Positions 10,346 through 23,516 of a DNA stretch of 64,000 bases are shown here, one piece after another. The notes beneath the pieces were generated by a model, which saw nothing but the letters and a program-made list of their open reading frames with translations, was not told the DNA's origin and did no database searches. Within the stretch, counting starts at the first letter, position 1; the number at the start of each line of letters is the position of its first letter. The position numbers and the translations under genes are program-made. Source of the DNA: Thainema sp. (lineage in GTDB: Bacteria; Cyanobacteriota; Cyanobacteriia; Phormidesmidales; Phormidesmidaceae); assembly GCA_052168235.1 (NCBI GenBank), contig JBQLZK010000002.1, positions 160,001-224,000 on the forward strand, given 5' to 3'.

Positions 10346-10353
10346 TCTCCTCC

Positions 10354-11049
10354 TTACACTCTGACCATTGCTCCCATCACGCTTTCAAACAGCGCTAAGC
10401 CATCTGTGCCACCAAGGATGGCATCGATGGCTCGTTCGGGGTGGGGCATCATGCCGAGGACATTGCCGCGTTGGTTGCAGATGCCAGCGATGTTGGCGAG
10501 GGAGCCGTTGGGGTTGGCTGCGTCGGTGATGTTTCCTGCTGGGGTGCAGTAGCGGAAGACGATTTGGTTGTTGTCTTCTAATTGCTTGAGGGTGTCGGCG
10601 TCGGCGTAGTAGCAGCCTTCACCGTGGGCAATGGGCACGGTGATGACTTGATTGGCTTGGTATTTATTTGTCCAAGGTAGGTCGGTGCGTTCAACGCGCA
10701 GGGAAATGCGATCGCAGATAAAGTGCAAGTCGCGATTTCGCACTAGCGCGCCGGGTAGTAAGCCTGCTTCGGTTAAGACTTGAAAGCCGTTGCAGATGCC
10801 GAGAACCAGCTTGCCTGCTTCGGCATGTTTGATGGTGGACTGCATGGCGGGCGAAAACCGCGCGATCGCACCACAGCGCAAGTAGTCCCCATAGCTAAAG
10901 CCACCGGGAACGACCACTACATCTAAATCGGACAGATCGCTTTCTTCGTGCCAAACCATTCGCGTCGGCTGCTTCAGCACGTCACGCACGGCATAGGCCA
11001 TATCGCGATCGCAATTCGAACCCGGAAATACAATAATTCCAAATTTCAT
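10354..11049 (-). CDS. purQ: FGAM synthase glutamine amidotransferase subunit
   Basis: [35 protein letters not shown]. Confidence 0.98.
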   Translation of the reverse strand: MKFGIIVFPGSNCDRDMAYAVRDVLKQPTRMVWHEESDLSDLDVVVVPGGFSYGDYLRCGAIARFSPAMQSTIKHAEAGKLVLGICNGFQVLTEAGLLPGALVRNRDLHFICDRISLRVERTDLPWTNKYQANQVITVPIAHGEGCYYADADTLKQLEDNNQIVFRYCTPAGNITDAANPNGSLANIAGICNQRGNVLGMMPHPERAIDAILGGTDGLALFESVMGAMVRV

Positions 11050-11051
11050 AT

Positions 11052-11315
11052 CTACGCCTGCACCGTCTCTTTCAAATCAAACCGATAGTTCTCAATCACC
11101 GGATTGGCCAAAAGCTGATCGCATATCCGATCGAGCTGCTGTCGGGCATGATCTTCGTCTTCAGCCGCGAGAGACAGCTCAATGTATTTGCCGATGCGAA
11201 CGTTGTGAACCTGGTCGTAGCCCATATGCTCTAGGCTAGACTGAACGGCTGTCCCCGCCGGATCGAGTACCGAAGGCCGCAGCGTAACGTAAATTTTTGC
11301 GTGAAACAGTCCCAT
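11052..11315 (-). CDS. purS: FGAM synthase subunit PurS
   Basis: [20 protein letters not shown]; directly upstream of purQ. Confidence 0.97.
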   Translation of the reverse strand: MGLFHAKIYVTLRPSVLDPAGTAVQSSLEHMGYDQVHNVRIGKYIELSLAAEDEDHARQQLDRICDQLLANPVIENYRFDLKETVQA

Positions 11316-11509
11316 AGTCTTTAATCTTTCCGGAGATAGTTGCTGAGTATTAACGGCAATAAACCCATTGCTCCCTCATTTTACGGTTTTCTGCTGATCT
11401 GCGATCGCGCATCCAGCATGAGGTCAGCAAACATCGGTTCAGATAGCGTCTAAGCTAGAGATAAAGCAAGTACAGCGCTTGCTTATTTATTGGGATTCCC
11501 ACACATACC

Positions 11510-11896
11510 ATGAAGACCCGTCGAACCCGCAGTCAAAGTCAGATATTAAATTTGCTGAAAGACTTGAATAAAGAGATTTCTGCCCAAGATTTGTATATGG
11601 AACTGCGTGGACAAGGGCACAGCATGGGGTTAGCCACGGTATATCGCTCCCTGGATGCGCTGAAGTTAGACGGCTCGGTGCAGGTACGAACGTTGGCCAA
11701 TGGCGAATCACTCTACAGCCTGATTCAGCAAGATCGGCATCATCTCACCTGCCTACAGTGTGGCCAATCTATTCCAATCGATCGCTGCCCCGTTCATGCG
11801 CTTGAAGAACAACTTCACGAGGAGCATCAGTTCAAAATCTACTACCACACACTAGAGTTTTTTGGCTTGTGTACGGGGTGTCAAGAGAAGGGCTAG
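11510..11896 (+). CDS. zur: Fur-family regulator, Zur/FurB type
   Basis: GLATVYRSL HTH, HHLTCLQCG, HTLEFFGLCxxC; matches the cyanobacterial Zur pattern. Confidence 0.8.
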   Translation: MKTRRTRSQSQILNLLKDLNKEISAQDLYMELRGQGHSMGLATVYRSLDALKLDGSVQVRTLANGESLYSLIQQDRHHLTCLQCGQSIPIDRCPVHALEEQLHEEHQFKIYYHTLEFFGLCTGCQEKG

Positions 11897-11932
11897 AGTT
11901 TGGAGGCTGTATCGTCTTACATCACCAAGTTG

Positions 11933-11989
11933 AGGCAGTCAGTTGTTGAAAAGCCGCGCTCTGCGCGGCTTTTCAACAACTGACTGCCT
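11933..11989. repeat. Perfect 27-bp-arm palindrome between convergent zur and ilvD
   Basis: aggcagtcagttgttgaaaagccgcgc-tct-gcgcggcttttcaacaactgactgcct. Confidence 0.9.
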
Positions 11990-12132
11990 GATTCTAGGTA
12001 CGCAGCGCCATCAAGGCGGTAACGGATCGAGATTTTTAGCACAAGCGCAGCGCGCCGAACGGATTAGAACGACGCGTTGCACGTTGGTTTAGTCGTGATG
12101 TCGTTAGAACAACTGGCTCAGAATAGCTGGTG

Positions 12133-13818
12133 CTAGAACAGATCCAAATCGGTGACTGCTCCTTTGCTGCTCGACGACACCAGTTTGGCATACTTGGCCA
12201 GAACGCCTTTGGTATAGCGGGGTGCAGGCGGCTGCCAGTTGGCGCGACGCTGGGCCAACTCTTCATCTGAAACATGCAGATGTAGGCTGCGCTCATCGGC
12301 ATCAATGGTGACAGTGTCGTCTTCTTGAACCAGTGCGATCGCGCCTCCAACTGCGGCTTCCGGTGCAACGTGACCAACGACCATGCCGTAGGTGCCGCCA
12401 GAGAAGCGACCATCGGTGATTAGACCCACAGAATCACCCAAGCCTGCGCCAATGATGGCTGAGGTGGGAGCTAGCATTTCCCGCATACCGGGGCCACCCT
12501 TTGGCCCTTCATAGCGGACGATTACCACATTACCGGCTTTGATTTTGCCCGCCAGGATGGCGTCTAAGCACTCTTCCTCGGATTCGAATACCCGTGCAGG
12601 GCCAGTAATCTTGCGATTTTTTACCCCCGTCAGCTTGGCAACTGCGCCCTCTGTGGCCAGATTGCCTTTCAGAATACCCAGGTGGCCTTTGGGATACATC
12701 GGGTTATCCCACTGACGAATCACATCTTGATCGGTAGACGGATTGTCCGGCACGTCAGCGAGAACTTCGGCGATTGTTTGTCCGGTGATCGTCAGCGCGT
12801 CACCATGCAGCAACCCGTGATTCAGCAGCATCTTCATGACCTGCGGAATGCCACCGACGCGATGCAGATCGGTTGCCACATAGCGGCCAGAGGGCTTCAG
12901 GTCGCAAATGACGGGCACCTTGGCGCGAATCGTTTCAAAATCGTCCAGCGTTAGCGGCACTTCTGCCGCATGGGCAATGGCCAATAAGTGCAGTACTGAG
13001 TTGGTTGAACCACCGACGGCCATAATCACCGCCATCGCGTTCTCAAAGGCCTTGCGGGTGAGGATTTGGCGGGGCGTGATCTGCTTCTGAATTGCTTCTC
13101 GCAGAACGAAAGCAGACTTCTCAGCGCTATCCGCTTTTTCGGCATCCTCAGCCGCCATTGTGGAGGAGTACATCAAGCTTAAACCCATTGCTTCAATAGC
13201 CGATGACATGGTGTTTGCTGTGTACATACCGCCACAGGAACCCGCACCAGGGCAGGCGCGGCGCTCAACTTCAATCAGTTCATGCTCATCAATTTTGCCT
13301 GCGCTGTATTCACCAACAGCCTCAAAGGCGCTGACAACCGTTAGGTCTTTACCGTTATAGTGACCGGGCTTAATCGTGCCGCCATAGACAAAGATGGCCG
13401 GAATATTCATGCGTGCGATCGCAAGCATGGCTCCCGGCATATTCTTGTCGCAGCCACCGATAGCTAAGACCCCATCCATGCTCTGACCGCTACAGGCGGT
13501 TTCAATAGAATCGGCAATCACTTCCCGCGACACCAGGGAATATTTCATCCCTTCCGTACCCATTGAAATACCGTCGCTAATCGTAATCGTGCCGAACATC
13601 TGGGGCATTGCGCCTGCGGATTTCAGCCCGGCTTCGGCCCGCAGCGCCAGGTCGTTGAGACCCATGTTGCAGGGTGTAATGGTGCTGTAGCCGTTGGCCA
13701 GGCCCACAATAGGCTTATTGAAATCCTCATCTCCAAAGCCGACAGCCCGCAGCATGGCGCGGTTGGGTGTGCGCTGCACGCCTTGAGTAACAACTTGGCT
13801 CTTGCGATTGTCCGACAT
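12133..13818 (-). CDS. ilvD: Dihydroxy-acid dehydratase
   Basis: [43 protein letters not shown]. Confidence 0.98.
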   Translation of the reverse strand: MSDNRKSQVVTQGVQRTPNRAMLRAVGFGDEDFNKPIVGLANGYSTITPCNMGLNDLALRAEAGLKSAGAMPQMFGTITISDGISMGTEGMKYSLVSREVIADSIETACSGQSMDGVLAIGGCDKNMPGAMLAIARMNIPAIFVYGGTIKPGHYNGKDLTVVSAFEAVGEYSAGKIDEHELIEVERRACPGAGSCGGMYTANTMSSAIEAMGLSLMYSSTMAAEDAEKADSAEKSAFVLREAIQKQITPRQILTRKAFENAMAVIMAVGGSTNSVLHLLAIAHAAEVPLTLDDFETIRAKVPVICDLKPSGRYVATDLHRVGGIPQVMKMLLNHGLLHGDALTITGQTIAEVLADVPDNPSTDQDVIRQWDNPMYPKGHLGILKGNLATEGAVAKLTGVKNRKITGPARVFESEEECLDAILAGKIKAGNVVIVRYEGPKGGPGMREMLAPTSAIIGAGLGDSVGLITDGRFSGGTYGMVVGHVAPEAAVGGAIALVQEDDTVTIDADERSLHLHVSDEELAQRRANWQPPAPRYTKGVLAKYAKLVSSSSKGAVTDLDLF

Positions 13819-14039
13819 GGCGACAATTCCCCTCTTAAGACTGATGATCGTAGCGACAAATCTTACAGTAGCAAGGATAACGACTTCAGCCGTGAAACTG
13901 TGCGGATTCTTTGCTGACTGTACTGCTTATCATGGCAGTCCCCCTTGTCCGGCTACAAATCACAGCGTTAATCGGGTTTCATTATTGATTTCAATATTGA
14001 TTTCAACATTGATGCAATCTGTGTCGTCGATTCGCATAC

Positions 14040-14080
14040 AAAAAAGGGGTGTCGTCGCATCGCGGCGACACCCCTTTTTT
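14040..14080. terminator. Hairpin flanked by A and T tracts (intrinsic terminator-like)
   Basis: aaaaaaggggtgtcgtcgc-atc-gcggcgacacccctttttt. Confidence 0.65.
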
Positions 14081-14083
14081 AAA

Positions 14084-14173
14084 TAGACTCTATTGGAAAT
14101 AAAGTTTTTGGGGTGGGAAATTGTTTTGTAGCGCGGCGGAGCCGCGCTACAAAACAATTTCCGATAAGGTCTA
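14084..14173. mobile_element. 90-bp miniature inverted-repeat element, family A copy 1
   Basis: TAGAC...GTCTA ends, 22-bp internal stem with GGA loop; near-identical copies at 17294 and 25623. Confidence 0.85.
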
Positions 14174-14177
14174 ATTA

Positions 14178-14735
14178 TTAGAACCAGTCCGGCAGCGAGG
14201 AGGGGAGGCGATTCAAAATGCCCTCTAGTCGTCCCTGAAGTCCTGCCAGCGTTTGATAGGCATCTGCTAATTCATCGCCATCAACGTGAACTTCCGGCGT
14301 GGGATAGTTTTGCAGAATTTCCAGTAACGTGACGTTGTTGTCATCGGCAGCAGACAAGATAATTGCCGCCCGCATCGCCTGCCGATCTGCTTGCTGCGAA
14401 GGCGGATAGATTGCTTTACCAACCTGATCCAGCGCATAGTTGCCGACAAAGCTATTCAGAATCTGGTCGAGCAGCACAACGTCCATTTCTACTTGGCGGT
14501 TGAGCAGTTCCTGCATTTCTTCGGCGTCGTAACCTGCGGTACGTAAGTAGAGATCCAGTTGACGGGTTGTCTCACCCGTTTCAGCCAAACGGGTTAAATC
14601 TTCCACCGGAACAGACCGCTCATGTGCTCGGTACTTCAGCACCACCTGTTCAGCCGCGATCGCAGATGTGTTTGGAAGTAAAAGAGTAAGAGTTGCGATC
14701 GCAGCACCTAATCGAGTTGCCAATTTCTGATTCAT
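14178..14735 (-). CDS. DUF1400 (alpha/beta hydrolase N-terminal-like) exported protein
   Basis: Signal peptide then AAEQVVLKY...SVPVEDL, AMRAAIILSA, LLEILQNYPT. Confidence 0.85.
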   Translation of the reverse strand: MNQKLATRLGAAIATLTLLLPNTSAIAAEQVVLKYRAHERSVPVEDLTRLAETGETTRQLDLYLRTAGYDAEEMQELLNRQVEMDVVLLDQILNSFVGNYALDQVGKAIYPPSQQADRQAMRAAIILSAADDNNVTLLEILQNYPTPEVHVDGDELADAYQTLAGLQGRLEGILNRLPSSLPDWF

Positions 14736-15163
14736 CGTGATTTATCTCGTAAGTCTAATTACAAGCCGTCCAATATCAGTTCAATATCAATGCGTAGGCA
14801 TCTGCCAATAAATTCTTGCTCAAGCGAGTGAAATATCGGGAAAGTAATCTCCAACATGCTCGTGGATTCTTCCAGATTCAAAATCTAGCTCCGTCTTGTC
14901 GCGGCAACTACCAAAACCTGAAGCGACAATTGCGCAGTTTCACAGCCGTTTGAGCAACCGAATTTGAGATGTAAAGATTTTCTAGATCTCAGTTTCCGAT
15001 TTGCCAAAGCCGATTACCGTTTTCAGCACCGGATGCTGATGCCATTGGCTATTCCCACCGAAGTTCTATAATCAAAACCGAATTTTTCACCTTCACTCAA
15101 ATTCTAAAACTCGTCTAAATTCAGAACGTATTTTCCAGGGTAGAGATTTCCACCTGACTGTTT

Positions 15164-15203
15164 ATCTACTCACCCACCCATCTACTCACCCACCCATCTA
15201 CCC
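15164..15203. repeat. 16-bp tandem repeat (2.5 copies) upstream of the SLH gene
   Basis: atctactcacccaccc twice, then atctaccc. Confidence 0.85.
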
Positions 15204-15235
15204 ATTCATTCACGTCGAACTCTCATCTTGTCACT

Positions 15236-16873
15236 ATGAAACCGTTAACAGCTTATTTGTTCCGTGCTTCCCTATCCCGACGATTACTGCCCCTTGCTAG
15301 TCTGGTACTGATTTGGGGCGGGACAGTGCTTCCTGCGACGGCACAAACTCCGTCCCGCACCTCTACCACCACCGCGCAGCAGTTACCGATTAACGCTCGC
15401 ATTATTCATGTCAACCCCACGTTGGGCAGCGATGTTCCTTCCGCTGGCGCGACAGAAGCAACGCCCTACAAAACGATTGCCTACGCCTTGCAACAAACTG
15501 AAAACGTGCCGCAGGTCGTGATTCAACTGGCACGGGGTGTGTATGCTGCCGATACGGGCGAGGTTTTTCCGCTCCAGCTACGTCCAGGGGTGATTTTGCG
15601 GGGAGATGAACCGAATAAAGGCTCAACCACTCGGATTATTGGTGGAGGACAATTCATCAGCCCCAACTTTGCCCGACAGAACGTAACTGTCTTAGCCGCT
15701 CAAGACAGCCAAATTCGCGGCTTGACGGTTACTAACCCAAATACTCGCGGTACGGCAGTGTGGGTCGAATCCGCCAATCCAACAATTCGCAACAATACCT
15801 TCAGCGAAAGCAATCGAGAGGGTGTCTTTATCAGCGGTACGGGCAATCCTCTGATTGAAGACAATATCTTTACTGCCAATACAGGCAACGGTGTTTCGGT
15901 GGCCGTCTCGTCCCAGGGCACGATTCGCAATAACGTTTTTCGTGACACCGGATTTGGTATTGCCATCAGCCAAACCGCGACGCCGCTGATTGAAGGCAAT
16001 CAAATTGTTCAGAATCAAGACGGAATCGTTGTGTCTGACTCGGCAACACCCGTGCTGCGTAGCAACATTATTGAAAGCAACGCCCGCGACGGTGTGGTGG
16101 CCATCACCAACGCTCAACCAGATTTAGGTACCGCTAGCAATCCAGGCGGCAACTTAATCCAAAACAACGGTCGCTACGACATTCACAATGCCACCCGCAC
16201 CAACACGCTGCTAGCAGCGGGTAACCAAAGCCAAACCAAGCAAATTGAGGGAGCCGTTGATTTTGTGGCGGCCAATGTGAATCTGGGCACAGGCAACTTC
16301 TCGGATGTCACAGGGCACTGGGCCACCGACTTTATTACCGCATTGGCCGAGCGAGGCGTAATTAGTGGGTTCCCAGACGGCACATTTCGTCCCGAAGAAC
16401 CCGTGACCCGCGCTCAATTTGCGGCCATTGTCGCTAATGCCTTTAATCCTTCTGCTAAACGGGAAGGCACTCAGTTTGTGGATGTTGGCAGCAATTTCTG
16501 GGGCTACAGTGCCATTCAAAAGTCCTATCAAGGCGGCTTTATGGCCGGTTATCCAGGCGGTAAGTTTGAGCCGCTGCTGGAGATTCCACGGGTGCAGGTA
16601 CTCGTCGCACTTGCGAATGGGTTGGGTTACACCGCCAGTAATCCGAATGTGCTATCGGTTTATCAAGACAGCACAGCGATTCCTGACTATGCGGTAGACA
16701 GCGTTGCCGCTGCCACCGAGAAGCGAATGGTGGTCAACTACTCCAATCCGGCCCAGCTACAGCCCAACCGCAATGCTACCCGCGCCGAAGTCGCCGCGTT
16801 TGTGTATCAGGCGCTAGTCAATGCTGGTCAAGCCGAACCAATCTCGTCTCCTTACATCGTGCAGCCGCAGTAG
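15236..16873 (+). CDS. DUF1565 / right-handed beta-helix protein with C-terminal SLH domains
   Basis: PYKTIAYAL, GEVFPL, beta-helix repeats, SLH motifs FSDVTGHWA...GFPDGTFRPEEPVTRAQFA. Confidence 0.92.
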   Translation: MKPLTAYLFRASLSRRLLPLASLVLIWGGTVLPATAQTPSRTSTTTAQQLPINARIIHVNPTLGSDVPSAGATEATPYKTIAYALQQTENVPQVVIQLARGVYAADTGEVFPLQLRPGVILRGDEPNKGSTTRIIGGGQFISPNFARQNVTVLAAQDSQIRGLTVTNPNTRGTAVWVESANPTIRNNTFSESNREGVFISGTGNPLIEDNIFTANTGNGVSVAVSSQGTIRNNVFRDTGFGIAISQTATPLIEGNQIVQNQDGIVVSDSATPVLRSNIIESNARDGVVAITNAQPDLGTASNPGGNLIQNNGRYDIHNATRTNTLLAAGNQSQTKQIEGAVDFVAANVNLGTGNFSDVTGHWATDFITALAERGVISGFPDGTFRPEEPVTRAQFAAIVANAFNPSAKREGTQFVDVGSNFWGYSAIQKSYQGGFMAGYPGGKFEPLLEIPRVQVLVALANGLGYTASNPNVLSVYQDSTAIPDYAVDSVAAATEKRMVVNYSNPAQLQPNRNATRAEVAAFVYQALVNAGQAEPISSPYIVQPQ

Positions 16874-17119
16874 AGCGGGATTCGACGAGCCGCAAATTTA
16901 GTGTAAATCGTGACGTGCGATCGCAGTTTCAATTGCAGTTTGCAATGTGCGATCGCACGTTTGTTGCAACCTGTAACAGGGTTTTGCGCAGGTTTCCGTA
17001 TCTACCCTTAGAAAAGTCTCCGATAAAGCTGGGCATCTTTAAATTGAAGGACACAGCGGCAGCACGTATCGCACCCAACGTCCTACGTTCTGTTATCGAT
17101 CATCGAAGACACACTAGCT

Positions 17120-17296
17120 ATGAACTCTAAGCAAAATTCCGTTCGCTTTCCCCTCGGGCAGTATCTCAACCAGCCACTCTTCAACAAATACTACAGAGCC
17201 GTCTTAAATCCGATGAGCTACTGGTATCTCTATCGGATCCAGCATTTGGAACGTTGCTTAGTTAAACAGCATCGCCCCGAAGAGAATTTTCATTAG
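17120..17296 (+). CDS. 58-aa small hypothetical protein not in the ORF track
   Basis: MNSKQNSVRFPLGQYLNQPLFNKYYRAVLNPMSYWYLYRIQHLERCLVKQHRPEENFH*; resembles a small cyanobacterial family with FPLxQYLNQPLF...LERC. Confidence 0.7.
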   Translation: MNSKQNSVRFPLGQYLNQPLFNKYYRAVLNPMSYWYLYRIQHLERCLVKQHRPEENFH

Positions 17297-17383
17297 ACTT
17301 TATTGGAAATAAAGTTTTTGGGGTTGGAAATTGTTTTATAGCGCGGCGAAGCCGCGCTATAAAACAATTTCCGATAAAGTCTA
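17294..17383. mobile_element. 90-bp miniature element, family A copy 2
   Basis: 16/17-bp terminal inverted repeat; internal stem with GAA loop. Confidence 0.85.
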
Positions 17384-17419
17384 TTAATTGTGACTGAGCT
17401 TGTGACGGAAGGATTTTGA

Positions 17420-18064
17420 CTAAAGCGAATCGTGCAAACCAGTCTGCCAAGCCGCTTGAAAGAAATCGCGTTCGCACAGCATGGCATAGTGATAGGCTGA
17501 CCGCACAGCATCGCTATCCTCGCCATATTCCTCCAGTAAGTGATCAAGCTGTTGAGCCAAAGCTGCAAATTCAGTACTACTATAGGTTTGAATCCAGTCA
17601 CTATAGGCATGTTGAAAACTGCCAGCTTGGGCCAGTTGCTGCCCCAGGAATGCATACAGACTCATGCAGGGAGACATGGCTGCCGCTGTAACACCAACGG
17701 GTTGGCTCCATGCCGTAGCTAGAAGAAAATCGGTATAGCGTCGCGTCGCGGCACCGGGCTCAACTGCTTGTAAATCAACCTGCCACTGCTGAGCGTACTG
17801 ATGATGCAGCTTGAGTTCTGCCAGTACCCCATTCGCTAGTTCGTGAAAGACTGCAAAGCCCTGCCAAGTCGCGGCTTTTGCTGCAGCAATGCTATAGGCA
17901 CGGGCAAACGCTTCGAGAAAGAAGGCGTCTTGACCGACGTAATAGGCAAACGTGGTTTGGGGTAGTGAACCACGTTTGATTCCCTGGACAAACGGATGTT
18001 CGAGTGACGCTTGAATCAAGCTCTGATTCTGCTGCCAAAGCTGTTGGGCAAGGGACATGGGCAC
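17420..18064 (-). CDS. tenA: TenA/THI-4 family (thiaminase II-like) protein
   Basis: HPFVQG, YYVGQDAFFL, SPCMSLYAFLG, YSDWIQTY, ERDFF. Confidence 0.9.
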   Translation of the reverse strand: MPMSLAQQLWQQNQSLIQASLEHPFVQGIKRGSLPQTTFAYYVGQDAFFLEAFARAYSIAAAKAATWQGFAVFHELANGVLAELKLHHQYAQQWQVDLQAVEPGAATRRYTDFLLATAWSQPVGVTAAAMSPCMSLYAFLGQQLAQAGSFQHAYSDWIQTYSSTEFAALAQQLDHLLEEYGEDSDAVRSAYHYAMLCERDFFQAAWQTGLHDSL

Positions 18065-18120
18065 GTTGAACTCGATGCTAACTGCTATATTCTCGGCAAC
18101 TGATTATAGGGCACTCCAGG

Positions 18121-18207
18121 GTAGGGTTGTTTCATGTTTATCGGAGCATGGTCGCAACCGTTGACGTTACTTGAGAGTCATGATTGGGTTGCTAAACCCC
18201 TCCCTAC
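18121..18207. repeat. Degenerate GTAG...CTAC REP-doublet-like element
   Basis: gtagggttgttt ... aaacccctccctac imperfect inverted arms. Confidence 0.5.
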
Positions 18208-18225
18208 CCAGGGTTTCAGAATAGA

Positions 18226-19563
18226 TCATTCGTGCGTAATTAATAGAGGCATGGTTTTCGTAGAGGGTTGTGATGCAGCATGGATGGGGAGTTCAACATA
18301 AAACGTGGTGCCGTTGCCGGGGGGAGACTGGCAGGTTAAGTGGCCCTGATGATGATCGACAACAATTTGCCGACTGATTGAAAGGCCAAGGCCAGTGCCC
18401 TTGCCCGTGGGTTTAGTGGTGAAAAAGGAATCAAAAAGCTTTTTCTGGATGTCGAGTGGAATGCCGGGGCCATTATCTGCGATCGCAATTCGCACCCAGT
18501 CATTGGTCATCACCTCAGTTTGAATCTGGATGTGAGGATGCGTCACTGATCCTTGCTCCACGGATTCCTCCAGCGCATCGATAGCATTGCTCAGAATATT
18601 CATAAACACCTGGTTGATTTGACTGGCAAAGCATTCCACCAGCGGCAAGTTACCGTAGGTTTTGATCACTTCAATTTCTGGACTCTCCGCAGTTGCTTTC
18701 AGCCGATTTTGCAGAATCAATAGCGTGCTTTCGAGGCCATCGTGCAGATCCACTGGTTTGACCTCAGCTTCGTCTAGGCGAGAAAAGTTACGCAGCGACA
18801 GGACAATTTGCCGAATTCGATCGGCTCCCATCTTCATGGATGCCAGCAGTTTGGGCAGATCGTCTTGTAAGAACTCCAAGTCGATTTCTTCAATTCGTGC
18901 TTGGAGGGCTGGCGTGAGCTGGGGATATTCCTGACAAAATAGATTCACCAAATCCATCAAGTCCTGCACATAGTCGCAAGCAGGGGCGAGGTTGCCGTAA
19001 ATGAAATTGACCGGATTGTTGATCTCATGAGCAACACCCGCGACTAGTTGGCCCAGTGACGATAGCTTTTCGCTTTGCACAAGCTGGAGCTGAGTTTGCT
19101 GGAGCTGATTCAGAGCTTCCGTCAGGTGGGCAGTGCGTTGGGCAACTTGGGCTTCTAGCGTTTGATTTAAATGGCGCAGCTGCAGATGGACACGAATTCG
19201 AGCCAGCACTTCTTCTTGCTGGATTGGCTTGGTGATGTAGTCCACTGCACCGAGGTTCAGCCCTTTGACCTTATCGACTGGATCGGCCAGTGCAGTCATA
19301 AAGATCACCGGAATGTCTTTGGTCACTTGGTTTTCCTTCAGGCGGCGGCAGGTTTCAAACCCGTCGATTCCCGGCATCATCACGTCGAGCAGAATCAAAT
19401 CCGGCAGTGAGTCTTGGAGACGTTTAAGGGCACTTTCACTGCTTTTAGCCACAGCAATCCGATATCCCGATGCTTTGAGGACATCAAATAAAACTTGGAT
19501 GTTGGTTGGTGTGTCATCGACAACCAATATGGTGGCTTGATCTGGAGGAAACGCAAGAGACAT
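18226..19563 (-). CDS. Hybrid response regulator / histidine kinase (REC-HisKA-HATPase)
   Basis: [45 protein letters not shown]. Confidence 0.95.
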   Translation of the reverse strand: MSLAFPPDQATILVVDDTPTNIQVLFDVLKASGYRIAVAKSSESALKRLQDSLPDLILLDVMMPGIDGFETCRRLKENQVTKDIPVIFMTALADPVDKVKGLNLGAVDYITKPIQQEEVLARIRVHLQLRHLNQTLEAQVAQRTAHLTEALNQLQQTQLQLVQSEKLSSLGQLVAGVAHEINNPVNFIYGNLAPACDYVQDLMDLVNLFCQEYPQLTPALQARIEEIDLEFLQDDLPKLLASMKMGADRIRQIVLSLRNFSRLDEAEVKPVDLHDGLESTLLILQNRLKATAESPEIEVIKTYGNLPLVECFASQINQVFMNILSNAIDALEESVEQGSVTHPHIQIQTEVMTNDWVRIAIADNGPGIPLDIQKKLFDSFFTTKPTGKGTGLGLSISRQIVVDHHQGHLTCQSPPGNGTTFYVELPIHAASQPSTKTMPLLITHE

Positions 19564-19577
19564 GAGACTAATCCTGA

Positions 19578-21989
<2,412 letters not shown>

Positions 21990-22022
21990 ATGAGCCTCCT
22001 GGGTTGCTCTTTTCGTATGACC

Positions 22023-22892
22023 TTATTGCACAAACTCGCCTTGACCAATCGCTTGGTAGACCGCTCGAATCGAGTCATAGTCTTCATCTGCTGCTGGTTT
22101 TAGCGTGGAACCAATGTATTTTGTTTCATGAGTTGCGATCGCAGTTGTAATTTCGTCCTCATGAGCCAGTAAGCGCTCTTTGATCAGCTCCACTGCGACC
22201 GGATCAAGACTACTGCTCGCAATTAGCACATCACTGGGCAGCAATTCGCCTTCCACCAGCACCTTAAATCCACCTGATCCATCGTCAATTAGATCAGCAT
22301 AGTCTGTAGCTGAACCGCCCCAAGCCTCAACCTCTCCAGCTTTCATGGCAGCAGCGCTTCCGTCATCTCCCAACATCTGCGCGGTCACATCAGTTTTCGG
22401 ATCAAGACCCGCTTCAATCAAAATATAGGTTGGCCCCAGATGCCCGCTGGTGGAACCAATATCTGACATTGCGATCGCAGTTCCTTTTAGATCAGCCACA
22501 CTGGCAATATCACTATTGGTTGGAACCGCAATTACCGACCGATAGTTTGGACGGGTAACCGCAACGACAGGCACTGCATTAGTTTGCGAATTAATCACTA
22601 TATATTCTGAAGGTCCCGCTAGCGCTAAATCAATATTGCCCTGCTTGAGCCCTACAGTTGCCGCTGCTGAGTTCTCAACCGGATAAAATTCGACTTCCGT
22701 TTCCAATGCATCCGCCAACGCTAGTCGAAACTCTTCATACTCTGTTTCTAAACCTTCTAAACCACTAACATCAGTAATAGCCAATTGAATAGTCGGCAAT
22801 TCGGCTACAGGCGGTTCCGCCGAACGGCTACAGGCAATCCCAAAACTGGCCATCAGCAGAATCGAACACCCAAGCATCTTTCGTCGTTTCAT
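22023..22892 (-). CDS. Phosphate/phosphite/phosphonate ABC-type substrate-binding lipoprotein (PhnD family)
   Basis: Lipobox (GIAC), GPSEY, GSTSGHLGP anion-binding motif, DEDYDSIR. Confidence 0.88.
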   Translation of the reverse strand: MKRRKMLGCSILLMASFGIACSRSAEPPVAELPTIQLAITDVSGLEGLETEYEEFRLALADALETEVEFYPVENSAAATVGLKQGNIDLALAGPSEYIVINSQTNAVPVVAVTRPNYRSVIAVPTNSDIASVADLKGTAIAMSDIGSTSGHLGPTYILIEAGLDPKTDVTAQMLGDDGSAAAMKAGEVEAWGGSATDYADLIDDGSGGFKVLVEGELLPSDVLIASSSLDPVAVELIKERLLAHEDEITTAIATHETKYIGSTLKPAADEDYDSIRAVYQAIGQGEFVQ

Positions 22893-23302
22893 AGGGCAGC
22901 ATCTCTCAAGAACATTCGAATTAGTTGAAGTTGAACATCAAAGTTGAACTTAAATCTTCGGTTTATTTCTCAATAAAAAACCGTTACAGAAAGCAGTATC
23001 AAAATTTGTTTCTCAGCTTATTCATGAAATTTTGAGTCTTTCAAAAAGCAGAAACACTGCCTAATCTATATAAGATTCAATAAATCTGTTCCCCATGAAC
23101 ACTTTAAGAATACCCAATCCCTCCTAAGATCTAACAGTTCCGTATCTAAGCCGTTAGTGCTCCAGCACGCAGTCATGCCGGAGATCTCAGCTCAAAATGT
23201 AGCAGGTAAGTGCTAAATAGAAAGACTAAAGATTTTATCTTTAGAGGCAGCGCATACGTTGAAAGTTACCTCATTGCCAATGGGGTTATAGCCTACTTTA
23301 AT

Positions 23303-23332
23303 TGATGAGCAATTAGTTAAGTAAAGGTTAAT
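23303..23332 (-). promoter_or_regulatory. Putative Pho box (SphR-type)
   Basis: Minus strand ATTAACCT-tta-CTTAACTA-att-GCTCATCA (11-bp period), then TATAAC 12 nt downstream. Confidence 0.45.
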
Positions 23333-23516
23333 TGAAAGCCCAGTTTTGATTAAAAACTTTGCCATCTTCGATTTCTACAACAAGAGCAATAAGGCATGAG
23401 CTTCATTCAGCAATTAGTCCATCCCATCTATTACCGCTAACCGTGGCTGAAGATTGCGGCCATGCCCACTTGGAGCCTGTAGGATCACAGTAGGTGCTTT
23501 GGCAATTCGTTGATCT

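Noticed and set aside
9906..10552. Cluster of short overlapping ORFs
   Set aside because: They arise from GC-rich palindromic repeats or lie antisense to real genes; no protein-like motifs
13984..14018. attgatttcaat repeats as an FNR/Fur-type operator for ilvD
   Set aside because: Does not fit TTGAT-N4-ATCAA or a Fur/Zur box; a simple 12-bp duplication is sufficient
18065..18225. TPP riboswitch upstream of tenA
   Set aside because: No CUGAGA or ACCUGA...AGCGUAGGGA core; the spacer is occupied by a REP-like doublet
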